Shown here piece after piece: positions 17,596 to 25,917 of a stretch of 59,406 nt of DNA; positions within the stretch are counted from its first letter, which is position 1, and each line of letters begins with the position of its first letter. Source of the DNA: an uncultured Acidaminococcales bacterium (GTDB lineage Bacteria; Bacillota; Negativicutes; Acidaminococcales; Acidaminococcaceae); the NCBI GenBank assembly GCA_964427675.1, contig CAYRVN010000002.1, positions 1-59,406 of the forward strand, in the 5' to 3' direction. The position numbers and the translations under genes are program-made. The notes below the pieces were generated by a model. The model was not told the DNA's origin and made no database searches. It saw only the letters and a program-made list of their open reading frames with translations.

Positions 17596-19254
17596 TTAAT
17601 GCGCTCTGGAGCGTGTTCCGAAAGTTGCCTTGGTTGATAATCCAACCTCAAAAATTCTTTCCCAAGGCAAAGTAATATCGATGTCGATAGAAGACAAATA
17701 ATAGTCTTTTGTTTCATCGCTGTAGAAAGGATAGCGGCAAAGGTTGTCATAAAACAGGGTAGTTTTGTAAATTTGCATTTCATTTTTGATGAAATGGCTG
17801 ACTTTAATGGTATCGTAATCGAGCGCATAGGGATCTATTTCTCTTATTTTAAGTAACCTGGAAAGCTTATAATGCATGGTTTTTTGATAAACCCAATCGT
17901 CAAAAAAACGGTCCAGATTGAACTGTAGGTTTAAAGCATAGAGGGTGGGCATGTCCTTTTCAGAAAGACGTTTCTTCTGACCGGTAAAGATACTTGCCTG
18001 TGCTACTGCCGTACCGACAGAATTGCTTACTGTATTCCAACCGGCAAAAGCGGCTAAACGAACTAATGGGGTATTATTATTAATAAGATGGGGAAAGATA
18101 GTTTCTTTAATATCATAATTAGCAGAAAGATCAACCAAAGCAACGGGAGTTTGTCCCATTACTATTTTTTTTAGATGGTTAGCTTTTTCCTTGAGATTTA
18201 TAGTTGCATCATTCCCGCAATGGACATAAAGTATGAAATCGGCCTGCAACGGGTCGTTAACTAATTTGCCCCCAATAATCGTAATTTTTTCATTAACGGT
18301 TTCGCCAACACTGCATGACATAAATGGCATTGTTATTTCAGCAACACGTGGTGAAGAGTATTCAACAAAAACTTTTGGCGCATAATGCCAGTTACGATTG
18401 CGATCCGCTGCAAGAACCAAGCAGCCTAATTCATCCGCACCTCGCGTTGTGTGGTATTTGTTTAGCAGATTATTATGTTCAAGATAGAAAAGAGCACGAT
18501 TTCGATTTAGGTTTGGTAATCCGAACGGTTGCCCGTCATCCTGTCCTATTATCAGCATATCAATTTTATTTTTAACTGCAGTATCCAGAAGCCTGTGGTT
18601 GAAATCGCCGTTGTTACGATAAAGTGCTGAATACTTATCAATAATTTCTGGCGGTATTTCATCAACAAAGCGCTGCAGTTCCCTGAAGCTCAAGGGATCG
18701 CCAAAAGTGTCCTGAATATCCTGAAGTGCAGCCCAACGCATCAGATGCCATTGCCACCAGGAGTCGGGAATAAGCTGATCAGCAATTAAAAGTCGAGGGA
18801 TAATTGAATAAACATATAGGGCTTTGGCAGAATTATTTTTATGAAGGGTTTCTAAGTAGTCAAGAAAGCCATTCTCATCATTTAATGTTCCGATGGGAAT
18901 GCGTGAACCTACCAAGCCGCCGTGTATTAAGAGGTCTGAAGAAATTATTGCAGAATCTGCTTTTTTCATATTATCATTCAGCCAATTCATCAGCTGGCTT
19001 CTCTGAGCAGGTTCGGTATAGTTGCCAAGCAGGTCGTTTGGCGGTAGAATTATTTTGACAGATGACAAAAGACCTAAATCCGAAACAAACTTAGTACAAG
19101 GTGGCCTTCCGTCTAATGGCAACACAACAATTGTTTGTTCGCCAGAAATAGGAGGCAAATCCACCTTGTCAAGTTTTGGCGGTTTGTTTTCATATATGAT
19201 TGAAATTGCCAGCATAAAAAATGCAATAAGACAAAGGCATAATTTCTTAATCAC
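17596..19254 (-). CDS. Membrane-anchored/exported protein of unknown function (DUF4127-like)
   Basis: GTG start behind AAGGAGA. N-terminal hydrophobic helix MIKKLCLCLIAFFMLAISIIY. Blocks LPLDGRPP, LIHGGLVGSR and FAGWNTVSNSVGTAVAQA resemble DUF4127 proteins as I remember them. Confidence 0.6.
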   Translation of the reverse strand: MIKKLCLCLIAFFMLAISIIYENKPPKLDKVDLPPISGEQTIVVLPLDGRPPCTKFVSDLGLLSSVKIILPPNDLLGNYTEPAQRSQLMNWLNDNMKKADSAIISSDLLIHGGLVGSRIPIGTLNDENGFLDYLETLHKNNSAKALYVYSIIPRLLIADQLIPDSWWQWHLMRWAALQDIQDTFGDPLSFRELQRFVDEIPPEIIDKYSALYRNNGDFNHRLLDTAVKNKIDMLIIGQDDGQPFGLPNLNRNRALFYLEHNNLLNKYHTTRGADELGCLVLAADRNRNWHYAPKVFVEYSSPRVAEITMPFMSCSVGETVNEKITIIGGKLVNDPLQADFILYVHCGNDATINLKEKANHLKKIVMGQTPVALVDLSANYDIKETIFPHLINNNTPLVRLAAFAGWNTVSNSVGTAVAQASIFTGQKKRLSEKDMPTLYALNLQFNLDRFFDDWVYQKTMHYKLSRLLKIREIDPYALDYDTIKVSHFIKNEMQIYKTTLFYDNLCRYPFYSDETKDYYLSSIDIDITLPWERIFEVGLSTKATFGTRSRAH

Positions 19255-19325
19255 GTTTATCTCCTTGGAAAAATGATTTTAGACGCTTAACCACTTTATT
19301 ATATTACAATCGTGAGGATTTTTGA

Positions 19326-19877
19326 ATGAGGATTATAACAGGAAAAGCACGAGGACTAAAACTTACTACTCCTAAAAATATGGATGTAAGGCCAACCAGT
19401 GACCGTGTCAAAGAATCGCTTTTTAATATTATAGGCACAAAAATAGTCGGAACACGCGTACTGGATTTGTTTGCAGGAACAGGAAACCTTGGATTGGAGG
19501 CCTGGAGCCGAGGTGCAGAAAAGGTTGTTTTCATTGATGAAAGTCAGGCTAGTTTGCAACTTGTTCGCAGCAATATTACTAAGGCTAAGGCTGAAAAGGA
19601 AACAAAAGTATTGAAGGGCAATGCGGTAAAGGTGATTGCCGATTTAGTTGCTAAGGGAGAAAGATTTGATTTCATATTTTGTGACCCGCCCTATAATAAA
19701 GGCCTACCAGCTCAAATTATCGAACAGGTCGCAAAATATGATATAGTTGCACCCGGAGGGTATCTGGTAGTGGAGCATTCACAACATGAAATTTTGCCGG
19801 AATTACCAATAAAACTTGAAATTATACGGAGTGAAAAGTACGGAGAAACACTAATTTCCTTTTTACGTTGTACGTGA
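19326..19877 (+). CDS. rsmD: 16S rRNA (guanine966-N2)-methyltransferase RsmD
   Basis: MRIITGKARGLKL..P...RPTSDRVKESLFN, and DPPY motif (FCDPPYNKG). Confidence 0.85.
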   Translation: MRIITGKARGLKLTTPKNMDVRPTSDRVKESLFNIIGTKIVGTRVLDLFAGTGNLGLEAWSRGAEKVVFIDESQASLQLVRSNITKAKAEKETKVLKGNAVKVIADLVAKGERFDFIFCDPPYNKGLPAQIIEQVAKYDIVAPGGYLVVEHSQHEILPELPIKLEIIRSEKYGETLISFLRCT

Positions 19878-19988
19878 GCAACTATTTTTGCTATAATTGT
19901 GGCATATTCAGGCTTAATAAGTTAAAATGTAAGTTAGTAAATAATTGCCATGAGGACTTGATGCTGGCTAAAAAATAGGAGGTGCAAA

Positions 19989-20480
19989 GTGCGTAGAGCA
20001 ATTTGCCCGGGGAGCTTCGATCCGGTAACCAATGGACACATCGATATATTCGAACGTGCCAGTCTTATGTTTGATGAGATTATCATAAGTGTTTTCAATA
20101 ATCCTGGCAAGGCTCAAGGTATGTTCACTATGGACGAAAGGGTGGCAATGCTGAAGGAAGCTACCAAGCATATCGCTAATGCAAAAGTCACTTGTTTTTC
20201 CGGACTATTAAATGAGTATTGCAAACAACAAAATACAAAATTCATCGTCAGAGGATTAAGAGCTTTTTCAGATTTTGAATATGAATTTCAAAGAGCATTG
20301 TTGATAAAAAAAATTGATCATGAGCTTGAAACTGTTTTTATCATGACAAATGCACAATACTCTTTTCTTAGTTCTTCCGGCGTAAGGGAACTGGCAGTTT
20401 TCGGTGGCAATATTTCCGGGTTGGTGCCTGAAAGTATTGAAACCCAGATAAAAAGTTATATAGAAAAGAAATCTTATTAA
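19989..20480 (+). CDS. coaD: Phosphopantetheine adenylyltransferase
   Basis: GTG start behind AGGAGG. PGSFDPVTNGHIDI nucleotidyltransferase motif. Confidence 0.9.
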   Translation: MRRAICPGSFDPVTNGHIDIFERASLMFDEIIISVFNNPGKAQGMFTMDERVAMLKEATKHIANAKVTCFSGLLNEYCKQQNTKFIVRGLRAFSDFEYEFQRALLIKKIDHELETVFIMTNAQYSFLSSSGVRELAVFGGNISGLVPESIETQIKSYIEKKSY

Positions 20481-20497
20481 TAAGAATTGAGAGAGAG

Positions 20498-21046
20498 ATG
20501 ATGAGCATGGAATTGGACAAAATTTTAGATGAAATGGAAAGTCTTATTTTAGAAGCTTCACATCTTCCGTTTTCGGAGAAGATTATTATTGAAGAAGGCG
20601 ATTTGTCATTAATTATGGACAGATTGCGCGAAGCGGTCCCCTTGGAAGTTAAAAAAGCGCATGACTTACTTGATGAACAGATGAATATTATCAAGAATTC
20701 GCGCGCAGAAGCTGATCGTATAGTTGAACAAGCCAAGACTGAAGCGGAAAGAATTGTTGAACTTGCTAAAGCAGAAGCAGAAAGATTGGTTCGCAATGAA
20801 GAAGTAGTAAAAATGGCAGAAGAAAAGGCGCAGAACATCCTTAACGATACTAAACAGTATGATAATGATATGCGCGCTGCTGCTGATGCTTATGCAGAAA
20901 AAATGCACAGAGAATCTCTGAGCTATGCAACCGATGTTTTTGATTATTTGGAAGATAGTCTGAAGAAAACGATGGAAATTGTTCAAGAAAACAGAGCTCC
21001 ATTAAGAGCTAATCAACAGAGGAGCACTGAGCAGGAGGAAGAATGA
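20498..21046 (+). CDS. Coiled-coil protein of unknown function (ATPase subunit b/G/H-like heptad-rich)
   Basis: Charged alpha-helical sequence with three 11-residue repeats. ATGA overlap with the downstream patatin gene. Start could be ATG 20498, 20501 or 20507. Confidence 0.6.
   Translation: MMSMELDKILDEMESLILEASHLPFSEKIIIEEGDLSLIMDRLREAVPLEVKKAHDLLDEQMNIIKNSRAEADRIVEQAKTEAERIVELAKAEAERLVRNEEVVKMAEEKAQNILNDTKQYDNDMRAAADAYAEKMHRESLSYATDVFDYLEDSLKKTMEIVQENRAPLRANQQRSTEQEEE
20705..20803 (+). repeat. Three tandem 33-nt (11-codon) degenerate repeats inside the coiled-coil gene
   Basis: AEADRIVEQAK / TEAERIVELAK / AEAERLVRNEE, encoded by consecutive 33-nt units. Confidence 0.7.
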
Positions 21047-21834
21047 GTAGAAGACCTAAACTAGGTTTGGTTTTAGGCTCTGGCGGCTTGCGTGGGCTGG
21101 CTCATGTAGGCGTACTCAGTGTTTTGGAAGAAAATGGGATTGAGGTTGATCTCGTGGCTGGCTGCAGTATTGGCAGCTTAATTGGCGCACTTATCTGTGC
21201 CGGCTACGATTCTGACACCATCATGAAGCTGGCTAAGGGCTTGGGACGTGGTTCGTGGCTCGAGTTTGTCGTACATAAAAAAGGTTTTATCGGTACGGAA
21301 AATATTTACAAAATAGTTACTATGCTCACAAAAGGCAGGAAAATTGAGGAACTGGGCAAACCTTTTGCTGCTGTTGCGACGGATCTTGCAACAGGTCGTG
21401 AACATGTTTTCCGTGACGGTAATTCTGCCGCTGCTGTTTGCGCTAGCGTTGCTGTTCCTGGTATTTTTGTACCTTATGAGTGGGACGGACGACAGTTGGT
21501 AGATGGTGCAATAGTCAATCCGACTCCTGTGAGTGTTGCTAGAGACATGGGGGCTGATGTCATTGTAGCTGTCGATTTGGCAGCAGTTAGTTCTATCGGA
21601 GAAGTTAAGACTGTCTTTGATGTCATATTAAGATCACTTGATATAATGGAAAAAGGTTTATTTAGTTATCAGCGACTTATTAATGATTGTGATATTCTGA
21701 TCCAGCCAGAACTTAGTTCCTGTGCTGTAACGGATTTTAAGAAGATAGAAGAGTGTTACCAGGTAGGAAGGGACGCAGCATGGGAAATGTTGCCGAACCT
21801 TCTGGATATTTTGGATAATTACTCAGATAAATAA
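21043..21834 (+). CDS. Patatin-like phospholipase (YlbK-like)
   Basis: GSGGLRGLAHVGVL oxyanion motif, GCSIGS (GxSxG), catalytic DGA. Confidence 0.8.
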   Translation: MSRRPKLGLVLGSGGLRGLAHVGVLSVLEENGIEVDLVAGCSIGSLIGALICAGYDSDTIMKLAKGLGRGSWLEFVVHKKGFIGTENIYKIVTMLTKGRKIEELGKPFAAVATDLATGREHVFRDGNSAAAVCASVAVPGIFVPYEWDGRQLVDGAIVNPTPVSVARDMGADVIVAVDLAAVSSIGEVKTVFDVILRSLDIMEKGLFSYQRLINDCDILIQPELSSCAVTDFKKIEECYQVGRDAAWEMLPNLLDILDNYSDK

Positions 21835-23048
21835 AAGGGTGAAGTTTTAAAATCTGCCGGATAAGACAAAGAGTTTCCTTGCAGAAGGCTGAATAAGTTT
21901 GTTGCAGATATGTCAACTTTGAGAGATGCAATAAAATCCTTGCTTTTTTCTTCTCGACTCAATACGTTCTTCCCTAGTTTTGTAATAATTGGCAATTTAG
22001 CTGTATTGCTCATATCTTTTAGCAGCTTACGCCCGCGATCATTGAATGATAGTACTCGCAAATAAGATGGATTTTCGCCTATTGCATCTTTAAATGTTGT
22101 TTCTTGCGATGAAAGTAGTATTTGTAGAAGCAAACGGTTTATTCTCGTTTCGGGATAGCGTTTGCTTTTTATCATTGATATTGCCTCAGGCCAGCTGGCG
22201 GCATTAGCTGCTTTGTTTATCTTATTTTCTAAGCCCTCGGAACATTCGCAGCATTTTGCGATATATGCCGGTGATATTTGTTTTAAAAGAAATGATAAAA
22301 GCAAATCAAGATACTCCTGATTATGCCCGAGACGTTTTTCGATATTTAATTGCAAAAGTTTTAAAAAAGTTGAGGGAGAAACAACGTTAGCTATGTTTGT
22401 TGTTAACCCGTTTTTTAAAAATTCGTGCCGTATAGCTGTCGCACTGGCAATATTACTTATGATTTCTTTGTCATTATACATGGCAGAAATCCTGTTGATT
22501 GGTACGGGTATTAATTTCGTCGTTAAAACATTAATTTGTTTAAGATATTCAATTGCCAATATATTGTTTGGCTGTTCAACAACCTTTGCAAGTGCTGGAT
22601 TGACTTTGGACAGGGCACTACCCATAGCAGCTGCATAGGAAAGTCCTTTTGCCAGTTCCATCTGGGTATTGGACTGGTTACTGCTGGCAATTTGTGCAGC
22701 CTGCTCGAGCAAGCTGATGTCTGAGGCTTCACAACCGAAGGATATATGAGTTACACACCCAGTACTTTCAAGTATTTTTACTGCACCGCGTGCGAAGTGT
22801 TCAGCACTACGGCAGGCAAAAATGGTTGGTAATTCCAGCACAAGGTCGACACCGTTTTTGGTTGCTATCTCTGCTCTTGACCATTTGTCTGCTAAGGCAG
22901 GTATGCCTCTTTGAACGAAATTGCCACTCATAACTGCAATTACTGGGACATCTCCAACAGCCGTCCTGGCTGCAGCCAGATGATAGGCATGACCGTTATG
23001 AAATGGGTTATATTCTGCAACTATTCCTATGCAATGTTTGTTAATCAT
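21819..23048 (-). CDS. tmcAL: tRNA(Met) cytidine acetate ligase (TmcAL, YlbM/UPF0348)
   Basis: GIVAEYNPFHNGHAYHL nucleotidyltransferase motif, 409 aa. The 3' end overlaps the patatin gene by 16 nt. Confidence 0.8.
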   Translation of the reverse strand: MINKHCIGIVAEYNPFHNGHAYHLAAARTAVGDVPVIAVMSGNFVQRGIPALADKWSRAEIATKNGVDLVLELPTIFACRSAEHFARGAVKILESTGCVTHISFGCEASDISLLEQAAQIASSNQSNTQMELAKGLSYAAAMGSALSKVNPALAKVVEQPNNILAIEYLKQINVLTTKLIPVPINRISAMYNDKEIISNIASATAIRHEFLKNGLTTNIANVVSPSTFLKLLQLNIEKRLGHNQEYLDLLLSFLLKQISPAYIAKCCECSEGLENKINKAANAASWPEAISMIKSKRYPETRINRLLLQILLSSQETTFKDAIGENPSYLRVLSFNDRGRKLLKDMSNTAKLPIITKLGKNVLSREEKSKDFIASLKVDISATNLFSLLQGNSLSYPADFKTSPFYLSE

Positions 23049-23209
23049 ATCATTGTCCTTTGAAAAAATTAATTAATCTGATTATTCCTTGTAGATTATT
23101 TGTTTAAAATAGTGTATACTATTTTATCACAGTATCCCTTTATTTTGTACTATGATTATGAACAAAAATATCAGAATAATTCCGAATGCCGGACAAAGAA
23201 GGTGCGACA

Positions 23210-24418
23210 GTGAAAATTTTTGTAGTTAATTGTGGTAGTTCCTCAATAAAGTATCAGTTGATTAATATGGAAAATGAATCAGTTTTGGCCAAGGGTATGG
23301 TCGAACGCATTGGTATGGAAGGAGCACTTCTTAAACATACCCCAACAGGAAAGTATACTGTTGATTTGCCGGCGGATATTCCTGACCATGCTGTTGGCAT
23401 TAAGATGATTATCAATGCCTTGGTCAATCCCGAATATGGAGTTATTGCTGACATGGCTGATATTGACGCTGTTGGCCATAGGGTTGTTCACGGAGGAGAG
23501 AGGTTTGCTGATTCTGTCCTTATTACACAGGATGTTCTTAAGGGCATTGAAGCATGCGCTGAAATAGCACCTTTGCATAATCCACCTAATTTGCACGGAA
23601 TAAATGCTTGTATGGAAATTATGCCGACAACGCCGCAGGTAGCTGTTTTTGACACAGCGTTCCATCAAACCCTTCCAAAGGTTGCCTATTTATATGGTCT
23701 GCCTTATGAATTGTATGTGAAGTATGGCCTTCGTCGTTATGGATTTCATGGTACATCACACAAATACGTGGCACAGGTTGCTGCTTCTATGATGCAGGAA
23801 CACATGACTGATTTGCGGATAATTACCTGTCATCTTGGCAATGGCGCGAGTATAACTGCTATAAAATATGGCAAATCTGTTGATACCAGTATGGGTTATA
23901 CGCCTCTTGAAGGCCTAATAATGGGTACACGCTCGGGCGAAATTGATCCTGCCATAATACCTTTTCTGATGGAAAAGGAAAACATGACTGCCCCTCAGAT
24001 AGACGACTATCTGAACAGGCGGAGTGGTATTCTTGGTATTTCTGGCTTATCAAGTGATTTTCGTGACCTTGAAAGTGCTGCCAACAGAGGTGATGAACGT
24101 TCACAGCTGGCAATAGATTTGTTTGCTTATAAAGTAAAGAAATACATCGGTGGTTATGTTGCGGCTATGGGCGGTGTTGATGCAATTGTTTTCACAGCAG
24201 GCGTTGGCGAGAATTCACCGTTTATGCGTGACAAGATTTGTAATGGCTTGGAATATCTCGGCACCCGTATTGACCCTGAACGCAACAAAGTTAGGGGCAA
24301 GGCGCAGGAGATAAGTGTTAAGCGAGCTAATGTAAAGATATTTGTAATACCAACAAATGAAGAACTGGTAATTGCCAGAGACACATTTAATATATGTAAA
24401 AGGATTATCAAATTATAG
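23210..24418 (+). CDS. ackA: Acetate kinase
   Basis: [31 protein letters not shown]. Start set to GTG 23210, 5 nt behind GAAGGTG. ATG 23186 is the alternative. Confidence 0.9.
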   Translation: MKIFVVNCGSSSIKYQLINMENESVLAKGMVERIGMEGALLKHTPTGKYTVDLPADIPDHAVGIKMIINALVNPEYGVIADMADIDAVGHRVVHGGERFADSVLITQDVLKGIEACAEIAPLHNPPNLHGINACMEIMPTTPQVAVFDTAFHQTLPKVAYLYGLPYELYVKYGLRRYGFHGTSHKYVAQVAASMMQEHMTDLRIITCHLGNGASITAIKYGKSVDTSMGYTPLEGLIMGTRSGEIDPAIIPFLMEKENMTAPQIDDYLNRRSGILGISGLSSDFRDLESAANRGDERSQLAIDLFAYKVKKYIGGYVAAMGGVDAIVFTAGVGENSPFMRDKICNGLEYLGTRIDPERNKVRGKAQEISVKRANVKIFVIPTNEELVIARDTFNICKRIIKL

Positions 24419-24436
24419 GTTGTCTTATGGTTTTTC

Positions 24437-24465
24437 TTGACAAAGAAATACCTGGCCTATATAAT
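24437..24465 (+). promoter_or_regulatory. Sigma-A promoter of yceD-rpmF (perfect consensus)
   Basis: TTGACA - 17 nt - TATAAT, lying inside the ORF-track N-terminal extension of yceD. Confidence 0.7.
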
Positions 24466-24483
24466 TGTAACGATTGGTGGATT

Positions 24484-24987
24484 ATGATTAAGTTAAACGT
24501 AGCCGAAATCAAAAAAAGACTGGTTGGGAAAACAGATTTTCATTTTCAAGTTAACGCGAAGGAATTAAACTTATCAGAAGAAGACTTGGCGGTTCGTGGT
24601 CCTATCTTTGTAGATGGTGAGATTTCCAATGCGGGTGATGTACTGCTTTTAAAAGCGGTTTTACGTACCAAGGTTGAACGGGAATGTGCTCGCTGTTTGA
24701 AAACATTTGTAGCTTCAACTGAAACGGAGATTATGGAGAAATTCTTCCCTGTAGATGCCGTAAATATTGATGATGACGCATTCTCATATGAATTCGACGT
24801 TGTTGATATCACAGAAGCAGTTCGCGAAGGATTGCTTGTTGCTGAACCTTTGCAGGTTTTGTGCAAAGAAGAATGCCGAGGTTTGTGTCCTGTTTGTGGA
24901 ATCAACAGAAATGTTGACTCTTGTGATTGTGATACTGACACGGTCGATCCGAGATTAGCGGCATTGAAACAGTTGTTTAAAAAGTAG
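24484..24987 (+). CDS. yceD: DUF177 protein YceD (large-subunit rRNA accumulation protein)
   Basis: Conserved position upstream of rpmF. C-terminal CKEECRGLCPVCGINRNVDSCDC. Start ATG 24484 behind GGTGGA. Confidence 0.8.
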   Translation: MIKLNVAEIKKRLVGKTDFHFQVNAKELNLSEEDLAVRGPIFVDGEISNAGDVLLLKAVLRTKVERECARCLKTFVASTETEIMEKFFPVDAVNIDDDAFSYEFDVVDITEAVREGLLVAEPLQVLCKEECRGLCPVCGINRNVDSCDCDTDTVDPRLAALKQLFKK

Positions 24988-25020
24988 TAGTTGTAATTCG
25001 CTTGAGGAGGTGTATCAATA

Positions 25021-25203
25021 ATGGCAGTACCAAAGCGTAAAATGTCTAAGGCTCGTCGCGATTCTCGTCGCGCTAACTGGAAACTTACTGTTCCTGGTTT
25101 AGTTGAGTGCCCGCAATGTCATGAAAAGAAAATGCCGCATCGAGTTTGCCCGGAATGTGGTTATTATAACGGTAAACAAGTCGTTGCGATGGAAGAGAAA
25201 TAA
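25021..25203 (+). CDS. rpmF: 50S ribosomal protein L32
   Basis: [21 protein letters not shown], and zinc-ribbon CPQC...CPEC. Confidence 0.95.
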   Translation: MAVPKRKMSKARRDSRRANWKLTVPGLVECPQCHEKKMPHRVCPECGYYNGKQVVAMEEK

Positions 25204-25204
25204 T

Positions 25205-25239
25205 AAAACCGAGGTGCTTGCACCTCGGTTTTATTATTT
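25205..25239 (+). terminator. Intrinsic terminator after rpmF
   Basis: AAAACCGAGGTGC / GCACCTCGGTTTT hairpin followed by ATTATTT. Confidence 0.8.
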
Positions 25240-25275
25240 CTCTTCCATTTTTTACAATTTTGTCACACAGTCATA

Positions 25276-25304
25276 TTGATTTTTAATTTGTTTTTATATA
25301 TAAT
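25276..25304 (+). promoter_or_regulatory. Putative sigma-A promoter of the fapR-fab operon
   Basis: TTGATT - 17 nt - TATAAT. Confidence 0.55.
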
Positions 25305-25315
25305 ACGAACAGATA

Positions 25316-25332
25316 TTAAGACTTGGTGCTAA
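25316..25332 (+). promoter_or_regulatory. Candidate FapR operator
   Basis: Imperfect 17-bp inverted repeat TTAAGAC-TTG-GTGCTAA just downstream of the -10. It resembles the TTAGTAC...GTACTAA-type FapR site as I recall it. Confidence 0.35.
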
Positions 25333-25346
25333 AATCAGGTGATGTT

Positions 25347-25916
25347 ATGAATGTGTCAAAAAAACAAATAAGACAGCAGCGTTTGTTAAAAGAGTTAGAA
25401 AAGAATCCTTTTCTAACAGATGAGCAACTTGCACAGACCCTGAAAGTAAGCATCCAGACAATAAGATTGGATCGTCTTGGCAAGGGTATTCCCGAATTAA
25501 GGGAACGGACAAGGCAGATGGCTGAAAATGCGCAGAATAAGCTGCAGGCAATATCAAGCAAGGATATAGTGGGTGAACTACTTGACCTTGAATTAGGCAA
25601 AAGCGGAATTTCGATGATGAGCGTTACGCCTGATATGGTCATGGCAAAAACTGGTATTGCGCGTGGTCATTTTATGTTTGCTCAGGCCAATACATTGGCT
25701 TTGGCGGTGGTAGACGCGCCAGCGGCTTTGACAGGTATTGGCAACGTTAAATACAAGGTCCCCATTTATGCTGGGGCCAATCTGATTGCTAAGGCGGAAG
25801 TAATACGCAAAGAGGATAAGAAATACTTCATTTGGGTAAAAATTCGTAACAATAGCCAGGAAGTATTCAGAGCGAAGTTCATTGTTGTTTCCCTGCCGAA
25901 TGAAAGGATTGTTTAG
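25347..25916 (+). CDS. fapR: Fatty acid/phospholipid synthesis transcription factor FapR
   Basis: NPFLTDEQLAQTLKVSIQTIRLDRLGKGIPELRERT HTH block, very like B. subtilis FapR, plus a hot-dog fold C-terminus. Start ATG 25347 behind AGGTGA. Confidence 0.85.
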   Translation: MNVSKKQIRQQRLLKELEKNPFLTDEQLAQTLKVSIQTIRLDRLGKGIPELRERTRQMAENAQNKLQAISSKDIVGELLDLELGKSGISMMSVTPDMVMAKTGIARGHFMFAQANTLALAVVDAPAALTGIGNVKYKVPIYAGANLIAKAEVIRKEDKKYFIWVKIRNNSQEVFRAKFIVVSLPNERIV

Positions 25917-25917
25917 C

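Noticed and set aside
17290-19325. A possible tRNA-Pro-associated genomic island.
   Set aside because: No integrase, transposase or repeat of the tRNA 3' end was seen by eye, and composition looks like the surrounding sequence. It is treated as a local strand-inverted core segment.
20368-20838. A 156-aa ORF antisense to coaD and the coiled-coil gene.
   Set aside because: It is Ser/Ala/Ile-rich antisense reading of a Glu/Ala/Lys-rich coiled-coil gene, with no start context.
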